A DNA stretch of 64,000 nt, from assembly GCF_030684315.1 (NCBI RefSeq), contig NC_081360.1, forward strand, positions 76,559,780 through 76,623,779, written 5' to 3'. Position 1 is the first letter of the stretch; each line of letters begins with the position of its first letter. Below are positions 14,355 through 27,905 of the stretch, one piece after another. Both the position numbers and the translations under genes were made by a program. Source of the stretch: Stegostoma tigrinum (lineage: Eukaryota). The notes under the pieces were generated by a model. The model worked only from the letters and a program-made list of their open reading frames with translations. It was not told where the DNA came from and ran no database searches.

Positions 14355-14900
14355 GACAAGAACATGCAGGAGTTGGCCATTTGACCATGCTCTGCTATTC
14401 AATAAGATTATGGTTGATCTGACATTAGTCATGTCCACTTTCCTGCCCTTTCCCTTTATTCCTTGATTTGCCCGATTGATGAAGAATCTATCTATATCGG
14501 GCTTAAATAAACAAGGACTCTGTTCCCACAATTCTCTGTGGCAAGGCATTCCAAAGAGACTGAACCCTCTGAGAGAATTTCCTCCTTTTGTCCACCGTAA
14601 AATAGTGCCTATTAATTCTGAAACTCTCCACACTTTGATGCCTTTTGGTCTTAGAACCTCCCAACTGTGTAAACATCTCAGCATTTACTTTTTCAAGCCC
14701 CTTCAGAATCCATTCTGTTTCCCACAAGGGGAACCATCTCAGCATTTACCTTTTCAAGCCCCTTCAGAATCCTATATGTTTCATCGTGGTCATCTCTCAT
14801 TCTTCTAAATTACAATAAGTAGTGCTCAAACTGTTTAACCTTTTGCTCATAAAACAATCCGTCTATTCCAGGGATCTATCCTTGTGAACCTTCTTTAAAC
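14355..14900 (-). mobile_element. CR1-clade LINE 3' fragment with an internal tandem duplication
   Basis: Minus-strand ORF ..FSQRVQSLWNALPQ... A 38-bp unit is repeated at 14674-14711 and 14735-14772. Confidence 0.75.
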
Positions 14901-16659
14901 CTTCTTTAAACTGTCTGCAACTGACTGACTGATCCTTGCAAAAATATTGCATGCATCTGTGTGTTTGGGCTTAGTTATAATGGTAAGTAAGTCTGGTAAT
15001 ATCGATTAGACATATAGCATTCGATCTCTAATTGTCTATTGTTTCTTCCTGGGAAAGAACATTCACAGCTCATCCATCTATAGTTTGATGGAGCAAAGTA
15101 TCACAACTTGTTAAACTTCATCAGTAAATAATTTGAGAGGAAACTCTCTTCAGGTACACGTGGAAGCAAGTCATATTTTCACTGGAATGAAGTCACAGAA
15201 TCTCCGAAGCAATTTTCTGCATTTTCTCAAACACACATATGCTTAAGGGATATTTCAAAGCAACAGGCCACAGGGAGTATTAAAAATTAGAGCTAGCCAG
15301 ATAACCCAGATGTTTGTGCATGAATGAGCTAGATTTCTGTTTTTTTGTTTCACCTATTTTTCTAAACAACCTGTTCAGAGTTGTAATCTCTGGAGCAGGT
15401 GGGACTTGAACCTCAAACTCCCAGTCCTGGGGTAGGGACACCAGAAATGTTTGGCAAGGGAGCCACTAATGAACCAGAGATAGTATAGTTTATCTCACCC
15501 ACTGACCACTGGTTCCCCATACTGATACAACAAATTCAATTCACTCTGTTATTTTTCTTTTTCCTTATAATGCTCTTTTCTTTTTGAAAATCCCCCACAC
15601 CACCACAGTAATGGTTATACTTTTCCCCAAATTACTCATGGCTGTGTGAAATGTATTTGTGTTTACAGCAACTTAGTGAAAAGACACCATTATTATCTTT
15701 TATGTCTGACCACCAAGAAAATTCCCATTTGGCCAATTGAACATTAACAGGCGGCGCCAGATTTTGCTGTGAGCTGTTAATGAATAGCATCTGGAGTTTG
15801 TTAGACTTGTGATTGCTCTTAAACTTTCTACAGGTTTTTGTATGGTGAGTTAGTCCCAGTGGGACAGCCAAATATAACACCATGTGTGAACAGAGCAATG
15901 AATGGTGCATCATCTTGATTCAGCAAATTTGAGAACTATTAACAAGCAGTTTAGGCTCGGGGGTGCATGCCGGAAATAATGAGTTCAACATGAAATAGAA
16001 GCTAAGAAGAAAAAAATAACCAATAACAAAAGATTTAAAAGGGAAATAAATGTGTTCTTTTATGGAAGAAAATCTTCAGCAATAATTAAAAAGGGCTTGT
16101 TCAGTTGTAATTACACTGTGTCAAAATTAGACCCAATAAACAAGCCTTAACTTTTTATGGTGAGTTTGGTCTCCAATTACTTTGCCTGAACAAAATTTCA
16201 TGTTGTTAAAACATTTGAATGAAAAATCTAGTGTCATGATACAATTTTTATCAAGCTTATGAAGAAATGATTGGCCCAATCCTGCAACATTTAAACTAAA
16301 CATTGTGCACATAGTTCATCACTTCTTTATCATCTTCCTTTTCTGATCTTTCCCTTCATGGTATGTAAATAATTCCAGCCTTGTTAAAGAGTTTCTCCAT
16401 TGATCCTTTGTAGTTTAGTGTACTCTTCCATTTAACCATGTTTGTTACACAAAACAACCTAATCAGTAAAATTGCTCTTTGTCTCATCAATATTTTCAAA
16501 ACAAAGTCAACCTTGTGTGCAGTATGAAGTAATAAAAAGCACAATTGTTTTGTCAATTTATCTTATCCAATCAGTAAAGAATGTTTGCAGTCCCCTGCAT
16601 CATATCTTGTAAAGGTATCTTGAAAGAATCTGTGAATTTCTTTGACTCCATTCGCCAGA

Positions 16660-17040
16660 AGAAGTAGGACATTCAGCCCTTTGAATCCCCCTCACCCTAC
16701 AATGGGATCATAACATCAATTAACAGCAATTTCTTATGTAATCTACATCTCCAATAATGTTTTTTTTAATATGCAGACATCTATTGCTCTGAGATCGAAC
16801 ATACTCAATGACTGTTTCCACAGTTTTCTGTGGCAAAGAGTTCTCAAGGTTTAGCATGGAGTGAAGAAATTCCTCTTCATCACTGTATTAAATGGCCTGC
16901 CTTGTATCCTGATGCTGTGTACCATGGGGTCCACCCAAAAGTTGAAGAAACATCCTCCTTGTATCTACCCTGCCAATCCCTGTAGTTTTGTTTGTTTGAA
17001 TGATATTTCCTCCCATGTGTCTAGACTACAGACAATATCA
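16660..17040 (-). mobile_element. Decayed CR1-like 3' fragment
   Basis: Similar to other minus-strand CR1 ends (attcagccctttga...; gtgaagaaattcctcttcatcactgtattaaatggcc). Confidence 0.6.
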
Positions 17041-20024
17041 ATGATGATCTACAGTAGCCAGTGGAAAAAGAGATTCTTCTTGACTTTTTAAAATTGTTTT
17101 CTCAAAAATGTTTTTTCAGAGATTATCACAACAGATGGATTTTGGCAGTTCAAGAGCATCACCCATTTCTCAAGTCAAATCAGTAATGGACAATAAATCA
17201 GGGCTTGGGCAATAGTACTCAGTATGCCAAAACAAATATAAAACAACCTTGACATCTTGATGCTTCAGCTTTAAATAATCTGTGACTTATAATATCCTTA
17301 ATGATACTACTACAATGACAACCTACTTTCAAAATGAGTATACAGTTGTGCTATGCATATGATTCAATAGAGGTAATAAATCTCATGGCTTTCCATTGTT
17401 CTGCCTTCATAGCTTGAATGCTTCTCAAACACCCTGATTGCAGCAACCGAAGATGCAAGCTGTCCAAGCCCCAGTGTGGTTTCAGCACAACCATTTCTGT
17501 CGTAAATTGTATACTGATTTAGTAGTTTCATCCAATTTATGATTCCATTAACTAAATACTCTCGCAAAGTCTGTCAGCAACTGTTGCTCGTGTCATTAAA
17601 ATGATTCATATGGGCTCTTCAGTGTTGTTGCTTTTGTAGACATGCATGGACTTGCAGTTCTCTTCAGACAAGTTTAGATCTTGCAGTTTTCTTGCACTGA
17701 GAGACAATCATCTCAACTCAGCACCAAAAAGCACATTATTAAAAATACTTTGGAGTATAATTTCCCAAACAAGCAGATAAGGAATTATTTACTTTTTGTT
17801 CTCACCTTCCTCCTCCTCTGGCCTGCCTAGAAATCCACAACATCTCACTCCTACCTATTTTTCCTGCTTAAGTCTTAAACTTTAGTGTACTATTTTAAAA
17901 CAATTGTGTCCTGATTCTTAAGAATACCTGGACCCAACACACCCACACCACCTGTTGTGCATCCTCTGCTGCTTGATGTTTTGTATTGTCATTCAGGTGT
18001 ATCGTATAAACTGCATTCATGAAACATTCATGAGTGTCTGCCAAGGAGCAGTAATACAAATCACTATAAGGACACAACATGATCTTTATCTACCCTGACA
18101 ATACTAACGGTGATTCAATTATGACTGTCACTTGAGTTATCCTGTACAAGGTTATACTCTCTCAGACAATACCCTGTATATACTGAACAACTTGGGGAAG
18201 CATCTCTTTAGTCTGTCCATCTTTAAAAACTCATCAGGTCAGAAAAGTTGGAAACCAAACTGATCACAATGAGACATCTCCATGGAGACAGAAAAGTAAA
18301 ATCAGAGGTACCCAATGCTTTTCTGCTCTTGACAGAATCCTGTGAGAAGCATATTTTAATTGAATTTGCAGAACCAGGACATGCTCATGGAATAAGTACC
18401 AATATTTCCAGCTCCAACAAGCCTCATAATTTGATGAGCAGTGGAAATGACTGTGCCTGTCCCTGGGTCAGATGTATGCAAGCATGTCCAAGTTGTTACA
18501 CATTTAAATGATTCAAAGGTAATCAAGCTGTGAGAGCAGTTTTAAAAAATATTTGTTCAAATAGTTTTTCTAAACACAAACATCTATTTCTTTTTACAAG
18601 TTTAATGTTAGTTGCTTATTTGACCAGGGAAAATAGTTATAGATTATCTCTTGTTCATTTATAATGTGAATTGGCCATTTTAACAAAATGTAATTTTAAC
18701 AGTTGAAGTAAAATCCTTAAAGTAACTCACGAGAAGGTAAACATCACTATATCTGAGGAATTTTCTTTCTGCAGGCAACATTTCTGTTCTTTGGTTTAGA
18801 GGTACTGAATTGGGACAAAACAAAATGGCAGATTTCACCTTTCTGGAGCATAAAATAGATATTATGAATCCAATGATTTAGTGGAAAAGAAATTTTGGTG
18901 GCTTCAATTAAAGGTGCTTGAAATGCAACATCAATTTTATGCTATAATGATAAGTTGCACATGACTCCTAATATGCTTTAAATGAAAACATTGCATTACG
19001 TGACTGGCAGAAGTAGACAAGAATTTTCTTTACTCAGTCAAGTGAAAGTTTTACATAGTAGCTGATTTATCATTGTCAGTCATGTAAGATTATGGAATCT
19101 TCCACAAGCAGGACCAGTATAGAAGTATTTAGCTATGTCATAAGTATGACTGATGGGGTAAACCATTTAATTTTATTGTGGTTGTACAAGTTGACAAGTG
19201 AGCTATTAGTTGCCCATTGCAAAAATAAATTTGCCAAATTAGGTGGTGTTTGGTTTCAAGTTGTTCTGCTCCCCCTGCTGTGTAACATAAAGATGAATGC
19301 AGGAACTATCTTTGGAAAACAGGCGAATATGACAGTGTGATTTGTTTCATGCTTGGATACCTTTCCAGGAAATATGTTTTCTACTTCTGCTGAAGTAGTA
19401 TGGAGCTTATACATTACTCACAAGTTCTCTAATCTGCTTCATCAAGGGAAAATACAACGAAATTCAGATGGCAAATAAACTTGTCTCATTATTTCACTAT
19501 AAATTACAAATCTGCATTATGGAAGTAACCTTACCGGTGTGTATTACGACAATGGTAACTCTCATTCTGTCCTTTCATGTGAAACTTGTGGGTTCAGAAT
19601 AAAGTCCATTGAGTCAAGGGCAAAGCCTAGACTGATACAATCGTTCCCCATCTACTCTCTCAGGTAAGCACATGTTTGAAATGAAAAATTGGACCATTTC
19701 CATTTCTTCCTTCAATGCAAACTGTATTGAGTATTACCACATGACCACTGCTGTCACAGGAGGTGGCCCTCTGTAGCATATTGTGTACAGTTTTTGCATT
19801 TTGGGCTTTGTGAAATCTGCACATCCAGGATGTGCAACAGAGTTCTGTCCCCAAAGCAGCATCAGTAATCTTGTTAAGTTGGATCTCTGAATTTTCATCA
19901 ATGGGTCACACCAATTTCTATTTGAACCCAGAGGAGAAGCATTGCTAGCTTTATTAGGGAGATGTGGGTGTGAAATAATATGCCAACAAGATCAGAGAGG
20001 TTCAACGGTGTCATCTTGAACTGA

Positions 20025-20122
20025 GGTTCTGAGGAAGGGTCACTGGACTGAAACATTAACTCTGTTTTCTCCTTTACAGATGCTGCCAGACCTGATGAGC
20101 TTTTCCAGCTTCTTTGTTTTTA
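20025..20122 (+). mobile_element. Penelope-like terminal fragment (second tail family) starting at the hammerhead motif
   Basis: gttctgaggaagggtcactggactgaaacattaactctg...gatgctgccagacctgatgagc, homologous to the tail of the 0.85-3.4 kb element. Confidence 0.75.
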
Positions 20123-20624
20123 TACTCTGTTTAGTGTTGGGACAGAAAATTTGAATTATAGAAACTAGCAAATAATAATAAAGTGAAAAGGAGGTCCTGA
20201 GCGTCAATTAGTTCTTTTCTGAAAAAACGGTATGTGTGTTTACCAATGCTTAAAATAAACAACAAAAAAAAGTAGCTAAATTAAGCATTGGTCTCTTAGA
20301 GGATGAGACAGGGGAATTAATAATTGGAAGCAAGGAGATGGAAGATATTTGAAACAAATTTTCAATCTGTCTTCTGGATAAAACACACTCAAAACATCCC
20401 AGTCCTAGTAATGCAAATATTATTTGCAATGTATCTACCTAAACCCAAATGTTGTCCAGGTCTTGCTGCATGTGGATACAGATTGCTTTATTATCTGTGC
20501 AGTTGGAAATGATATTGAACACTAATCACTTATAAATCCATCCGTACTGTATCTACGATTTCCAGAAGAACAATGGTGAAGCAGCTGATGATGGATGGGC
20601 CCTGGACATTACCTTGAAGAACTC

Positions 20625-20970
20625 CCAGCCCACTACTCCACACACCAGGCTTCATTAACACATAGTGTGCTGTTACCACTACCTGTTATTAGTCACTAAA
20701 AGTCCCCATTAACAACTATTCACCCTCCCAGCTTGATCATGATCAACTCTTTGTCTGTCCAATTGATCTTGTCTCTCTTTAGGCTCTATCCTATCAGTTA
20801 CTCCCTACCTCGTCCCTCTCCCCATTTTTTCAGCATGTTAACTGACATTTTCCCAGCCACTATCAGTTATGAGGAAGTGTCACTGGACCTGAAATGTTAA
20901 TTCTGTTTTTTCCTTCACAGATGCTGCCTGACTGCTGAGCTTTTCCAGCAACTTTGTTTTTGTTCCTGAA
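20625..20970 (+). mobile_element. Penelope-like 3' UTR/terminal fragment
   Basis: Colinear with about 3070-3382 (ccacacaccaggc...gtctgtccaa...ttttcccagccac...). Retains a degenerate hammerhead at about 20869-20898. Confidence 0.8.
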
Positions 20971-21179
20971 ATAAAATCCTGGGAGTGAGCTGATTAATCT
21001 CCAACAAATACATCACCTTCCTTTGCACTAGGCATCTTTACAATTATGGAAGACTATTATTTGGTTCTGATAGTTACTAACTTCAGGCTTGATCACATTT
21101 TGATGTCAAGGGCAGTCACTCTTTCAAAAATGTTAGTGTGTTTGACTTAATGTTTCTACATTCTCTGAATGTTTAAACT

Positions 21180-24100
21180 TATTTCCATTATCTTGCCTTT
21201 TCTCTGCAACCCTGCAAATTGTTTCCGTTTAAAGAATCATCCAGTTTCTGCTTAATGACTCAATGGAATCTGCCTCACCACATTTTCAGACTCTAACTAC
21301 TAGCTGTGTGTAAAACATTATTCACCTCACATTTGCTTCATTTGCAAAATGCTTTAAAACTGTGCCCTTCTGTTTTTGATCTTTTTATGAGTAAGAATGC
21401 TCTTTCTATTGATTCTGTTCAGATTCTTCAAGATTATGAAAGTTTCTATCAAGCCTCTTAGCCTTCTCCTCTACAAGAAAATCAGTCCCAGTACTTCCAT
21501 TCTTTCCTTATAACTGAAGTGTTTTATCTTGGAGCCATCTGTATAGTGGCCTTTGCAACTCTCTCCAATGTAGTCACATTCTTTCTTGAGTGTGGTGCCC
21601 AGAACTGTACCCACTCCTGCACTTTTTCTGTGTCCCTATTTTTGAAGCCGAGAATAGTATTCAGTTAATTCACAGCTCTCTCAACATTTCCTGTCACTCT
21701 TCATAAATTATGCACATATACACCCAGGTAGCTTTGCTCCTGTACACTCTATTGAGAAGCATGCCTTAATTTATATTATTTCTTCACATTGTTTCTAAAA
21801 AAAAATGCTCACGACAGCAAATTTCCAGTATTTTTGAAGTTCCCCTCAGTTTACAATTCTCCCAAATTTTCAATCAGAAACATTGAAATTATCTTTTGCA
21901 CAGAAGATCAAGATAATTCATACATATAATCAGGAATGCCAAAGGTCCCAAGACTGACCTGGCAAAGTCCATTACAAACAATCTTCCAACCTGCAAAATG
22001 GCCATTAACCATTCTCTGTTTATTATGCTTCTCTTAACTTTACATTCATATTGCTACTTTCCATTTTATTCCATGATCTGTAACTTGAAGGATAGGTCTG
22101 TTGTGTGACATTACATTGAACTGTGACAGCCTCCTGGCTTCTAAAACAGAGATAGATTGCCAACTTGGTTAAACAGCAAGGGATGCTGGGTATATTGGCC
22201 AAGTGAAACTCTGGAAGTCACAAAATACTGTGCAAACATAGCAGCCAGGTGTTCATGATATTAGCATAATGTAAAAGGCAACATTTATTCTGCACAAAGA
22301 CTACCAACTTTTTATCTACCAGACAAACAGCAGACCAGAGAGAAAAGCACACGGTCTTGCTACACAAAGAAATTGACAGTAGCATGCTATCTAAATGGAG
22401 TCCAGACGAAGGGTGCAATCACGAAACATCAACATCCCTATTCCACTGATGCTGCATGGCCTGCTGCATTCCTCCAACTCCACACTGTACTGACTGCTGC
22501 CATCTAAATGATTGATTCGTGTTGCAAACTATTAAGGGTATCTCCCTGATTGGCCAGAACTATGGAAAGTTCCAGGAAACCATCTAAAAAGTATTAAGAC
22601 AAAATTTACCTGCAGACACCTCTCTTGGAACCCCTCTTAGAGTCATCTGTGGCCTTCTGAGACCAGCACAACAAGAGGCAGAGACCAGCTGACCAGTCAG
22701 AGAGAGAGGGAGAAAGCAGCTTTGCAGACCCAGAGTTTTAGCCACAGAGATGGTGACTGCATGAATTTAAAAGTGACTTGGGAAGTATTGTAATCTTCAG
22801 GGGACAACCAAATAGGATTATGGATCACATATTTATTATTAAAGGTTATTGTAATTTGCTTTCTAATGAAGTAGGAATATTTTACTTTAGGACCAGCTTG
22901 TGTTCATATTGATTTGACCACTTTGGCATTGTGGGACACCTGCACAAATTCATTCATAACATTCTAGTCAGAGTTGTCTGTAACTTATTTAAAGATTATC
23001 CTGACAATAGAATGATTTTTTGGAAATTCATGTGCACTACATCAATAGCCTTTCCCTAATCGACACTACGTTACCAGCAAGTCAGTCAGGCATGATATTC
23101 CCGAATGAGTCCACGCCAGCTCTTCTGAATCAATCAAACCTTTTTCTGTGTGGCTATTCCTTATATCCCAAATAATTGTATTTGAAGATCTCCTCCACAG
23201 AAGCTAAACTTCCTGGAATATAATTGTTGGCCTACCCTTACAACCTTTTTGAACTTGTCATAACATTTGCAATTCCCCAGTTCTCCAGGGCCAGTCCCAA
23301 ATCCAGAGAAGGTAGAAAGATAATTGTCAGTGCTTCTGCAATTTCCACACACACTCTTCAACATCCTTGGATGTATTCAACTCTAGCCCCTATGCATGAG
23401 CAACTTTAAGTACCAACATCTTATAGAATACCACATCTCTATCAATGTTTAACCTCTTCCATGGATTATGTTTCTTTCTGTCACCATGGCTTGGACAGCA
23501 TCTTCCTCACAGTTAAAGACTTATGTAAAGCATTCATTTAACACTTCAACCATGACTCATGCCTCTAAATATGAATTTTTTTTTGTTTTGGAACACCGCT
23601 CCTTTTATCATCCTTTTGCAATTGATACGCTCATAAAAGGAACTTTTGAAGTTTTCTACTATCTGCCAATGATCCTAATCCCTCTGCTTCACGTGCTTGC
23701 TTTTACACCTCTGCTCTGAATCTTCTGTATTCAGTTTGATTTCTCCATCATATTTACCATCTGATAAATATGTGGCTTGAGAGAAAAAAAACTGCAGGTG
23801 ATGGCATCCAAGGTAGACGAAAAGGAAGCATTCCTCTTGGCTTGCTATGTTCTTCCAGCCTCCTGTTTATCTACCACAATTATATGGCTTAATTGTTATC
23901 TCCTTTGTCATCCAAGAAGCTCTGGATTTATTTAGCTTAACTTTCCCTTTTCCAGGGATTTTGTTTTACAGCCAACCCATGGAGTTCCAGTCTCTCCAAC
24001 CCAGCTCTGTTCTTGCCTGTCTTAAGATGGCCCCCAACTGGTTCAGAAGTTTTCCTCTGTATTGATCAATGTCATTCTTCACTGTCATCCTAAATCATGA

Positions 24101-24210
24101 GAAGCAATTATCTCTTTCTTCTAAATATTCTTCCACTTCTCACTTGATCTACATGGCCCACCACATTGACAAGAACCCGATCTAGAAGCATCTCCTTTCT
24201 CATTGAACTG
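21180..24210 (-). mobile_element. Old fragmented CR1-like LINE with small nested insertions
   Basis: Reverse-strand CR1 motifs (gtgtggtgcccagaactgtac; aaggtcccaagactgacc; aaattcatgtgcactacatcaatagc). Penelope terminal fragments at about 22400-22490 and 23778-23875. Confidence 0.6.
23693..23870. repeat. Arm 1 of a 178-bp local inverted duplication (partner 26664-26841)
   Basis: Reverse-complement match with about 6 substitutions by manual comparison. Confidence 0.9.
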
Positions 24211-24675
24211 GGCTCAGTTTTTGCGTTTGAATCTTTGCTTATGTTTGAAATGAGTCTGTAATGAGGTCAAGAGCTGAGTGAACATGAGCGAACTTAAATG
24301 AAGCATTAGTGAGCAGGTTTGTGCTGAGGAAATGGTTTTGATCACAACTTTGATCACTTTGCTGATGATTTAGCGTAAGCTGGTGATGTGGTGATGAGTG
24401 GGGTTGGATTTATTCTATTCTTTGTAGACAAGACACAGCTGGGCAATTGTCAATTCATCTTGTTAGCTATTTTTAAAAAAGCACATATATGATGGAACAG
24501 AATAATAAAAGGCCATCTTATTGCAGAGGCAAGAATATCATATGACTGTATGCCACCTATCTTTGTTTCATATAATTTAGATACGTACGTACTGTGGCTT
24601 TACTGCAAGATGTCATCATATTGTATTTGTAGTGTTCCTGAGCACAAAGATAATTTGCACCATAATCTGCTGGAG

Positions 24676-25827
24676 GCAGTAAGGCATTTGATAAGGTTCC
24701 CCATGGTAAGCTCATTCAGAAGGTCAGGAGGAATGGGATACAGGGGAACTTAGCTGCTTGGATACAAAATTGGCTGGCCAACAGACGACAGCGAGTGGTA
24801 GTAGAAGGAAAATATTCTGCCTGGAAGTCAGTGGTGAGTGGGGTTCCACAGGGCTCTGTCCTTGGGCCTCTACTGTTTGTAATTTTTATTAATGACTTGG
24901 ATGAGGGGATTGAAGGATGGGTCAGCAAGTTTGCAGACAACACAAAGGTCGGAGGTGTCGTTGACAGTGTAGAGGGCTGTTGTAGGCTGCAGCGGGACAT
25001 TGACAGGATGCAGAGATGGGCTGAGAGGTGGCAGATGGAGTTCAACCTGGATAAATGCGAGGTGATGCATTTTGGAAGGTCGAATTTGAAAGCTGAGTAC
25101 AGGATTAAGGGTAGGATTCTTGGCAGCGTGGAGGAACGGGAGATCTTGGTGTGCAGATACATAGATCCCTTAAAATGGCCACCCAAGTGGACAGGGTTGT
25201 TAAGAAAGCATATGGTGTTTTGGCTTTCATTAACAAGGGGATTGAGTTTAAGAGTCATGAGATCTTGTTGCAGCTCTATAAAACTTTGGTTAGACCGCAC
25301 TTGGAATACTGCGTCCAGTTCTGGGCGCCCTATTATAGGAAAGATGTGGATGCTTTGGAAAGGGTTCAGAGGAGGTTTACCAGGATGCTGCCTGGACTGG
25401 AGGGCTTATCTTATGAAGAGAGGTTGACTGAGCTCGGTCTCTTTTCATTGGAGAAAAGGAGGAGGAGAGGGGACCTAATTGAGGTATACAAGATAATGAG
25501 AGGCATAGATAGAGTTGATAGCCAGAGACTATTTCCCAGGGCAGAAATGGTTAGCACGAGGGGTCATAGTTTTAAGCTGGTTGGTGGAAAGTATAGAGGG
25601 GATGTCAGAGGCAGGTTCTTTACGCAGAGAATTGTGAGAGCATGGAATGCGTTGCCAGCAGCAGTTGTGGAAGCAAGTTCATTGGGGTCATTTAAGAGAC
25701 TGCTGGACATGTATATGGTCACAGAAATTTGAGGGTGCATACATGATGATCAATGGTCGGCACAACATTGTGGGCTGAAGGGCCTGTTCTGTGCTGTACT
25801 GTTCTATGTTCTATGTTCTATGTTCTA
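24676..25827 (+). mobile_element. Young 5'-truncated CR1-clade LINE (RT C-terminal part and 3' end)
   Basis: ORFs 24795-25427 and 25151-25732 give SGVPQGSVLGPLLFVIFINDLD..SKFADNTK..WQMEFNLDKC and LYKTLVRPHLEYC..FFTQRIVRAWNALP with one frameshift near 25140. Ends in a (GTTCTAT)n tail. Confidence 0.95.
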
Positions 25828-26663
25828 TAAGCTGTTAAGTGTTGAAAGGACTACAGGGAATCTGAAACTTCAGAGAATGATGTTAGCAATCTTGCTGTCT
25901 GCAATAACATAACAAATTAAGAAGCAAACAGGACTGAGGGAGAAAAAAGAGCACATTTAACGTCAAATCAGGATCAGAAAGAAAAGTAAGGAGGAACAAA
26001 AGATTGAATTGCAAGACAAATAAAAGCTGAAACACAAAGTAATATTAAAATAAAATATAAAATTCGAAATGACATCGAAAGATTAAAAACAACAAAAACT
26101 GTTGCGTTTTTGGACTGGAGAAGTTGAATTGCATAACAATTGTCACGTTGTTAAATGGGTACATCCGGATGTTAACAAAATGCAAACCTGTTTTGTCAGG
26201 CTTAATAGGCAACTACTATGAAAATAGACCAAGTTATTAAATGTAACAGGGAAATTAAGGGTAACCTGCAACCATATGAGTCAAATCGTGGTTGAAATAT
26301 GATTGGAAATTGTGTGCATCCACAAATTGTGGCTCAACCACATATGAAGACGTAACTTTGGATCAAAAGTAGTTTTTGGTTTGCTGACCTATTTAATGAG
26401 ATCATGACTGGTTAGTTTGTATCCTGAATTCAACAAATACTCCTAAAAACTTTTGGTCCTCGTTAGACAAGGAAATCAATCTCCAACATCCTGAAAATAT
26501 TCAATACCCGTAGTCCCTCCAACTTCTGAGCCAGGTTGGTGCTTCAGCCAGCGGCAAAAGCTATCAGTCCGACTGTACTAAAGTTTTGTTTTGTGCAGAC
26601 ACACAGGCTGTTTCCATGCTTGTCAGGAACCTTGTAGTGGTCGGCCCAAGGGCTCATTTTGAT

Positions 26664-26841
26664 ATAAACAGGAGGCTGGAAGAACATAGCAAGCCAGGAG
26701 GAATGCTTCCTTTTTGTCTACCTTGGATGCCATCACCTGCAGTTTTTTTTGTCTCAAGCCACATATTTACCAGATGGTAAATATGATGGAGAACTCAAAC
26801 TGAATACAGAAGATTCAGAGCAGAGGTGTAAAAGCAAACAC
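26664..26841. repeat. Arm 2 of a 178-bp local inverted duplication (partner 23693-23870)
   Basis: Reverse-complement match with about 6 substitutions by manual comparison. Confidence 0.9.
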
Positions 26842-27549
26842 AGAGATGTCAGCGTAACATTTATAAACTCATGTCTGCTGCCTGTGCACAAACATTTTGT
26901 TTCAGCCAAATGGCCATGTGAGAAACTAATTGAGGCTAGTCCTCAGTCCAGTCAATGGGGGGGGAATACGTTGTCTGTCAGGGAGTCCCAGTATAAGTGG
27001 TAGTCACGGGAACAGTCCACGTGCAGTTCAGGGTCTCGGCCACAAAGCTTCGCTAGGAATGTTCATGAGCAGGGGCTCTGTCCAACTACAGTTCAGGGCA
27101 TGGGCAGTGGTCAATAGTCAGGAGACTGGTGTATCATCAAAAGGGGAGCTATAAAGACCAAGGTTTGGATTAGTCATGTCTAGAGGGTGCTTGTCCAAGT
27201 AGGTCAGAGGTCCAAGTAAGTCAGAGGTCTATGGTGAATAAAGACCTTGGTGTCTGCCAAGCATTCAGCAAAGTGCAAGGAGCATCTATATAGGCTGGTG
27301 AGATATCATTGGTACGTTGCTAGAAAACATGCAGAAGTAGAGGCTGGGGTTTGGAAGGGTGGGGAAGCAGAACTCCTTGATAAGGTGGAGGTACTGACAG
27401 TGCTGGGGAACTCCAGGCAATGGCATTAGAACATATTGTAAGCTACAGAGCTGGGGGAAGTGTTATTGAGAGTGTATAATGCTGAGTCTGGGAAGACAGT
27501 TGGAGACAAAGTTCAGTGAGGTGGGTGTCCACATAGTGGGATGTATATA

Positions 27550-27905
27550 AGATCATAAGAAATAGAAGCAGGACTAAGCAATCTGGCCTGTCGAATCTGC
27601 TCTGCCATTCAATAAGATCATAGTTGAACTTTTCATGGATTCAGCTCCACTTACTGACCCACTCACCATAATCCTTCCTTTACTGCTAAGAAATTGATCT
27701 GTATTTGCCTTAAAAACATTCAACAAGGCAGCCTCAACTGCTTCATTGGGCAGGGAATTCCACAGACTCACAATCCTTCAGGTGAACAAGTTCTTGCTCA
27801 ACTCAGTACCAAATCTACTCTCCCTTATGTTGATGCAATGCTCGCTAGTTCTAGTTTCATCCAACAGTGGAAACAATCTCCCTGTTTCTATCTTATCCAT
27901 CCCCT
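27550..27905 (-). mobile_element. CR1-clade LINE 3' fragment
   Basis: Minus-strand ORF SLWNSLPNEAVEAALLNVFK, with a cataagaaatagaagcagga tail. Confidence 0.75.

Noticed and set aside
14674-14772. 38-bp direct repeat with a 23-bp spacer, superficially CRISPR-like
   Set aside because: Only two units, inside a CR1 fragment of a vertebrate genome; a simple tandem duplication.
24716-25300. 194-aa minus-strand ORF
   Set aside because: Antisense frame of the CR1 reverse transcriptase; not an exon of the host gene.
26900-27540. G-rich segment with a 17-bp tandem duplication (tccaagta(g/a)gtcagagg)
   Set aside because: Probably a decayed repeat; no family or motif could be assigned from the sequence alone.
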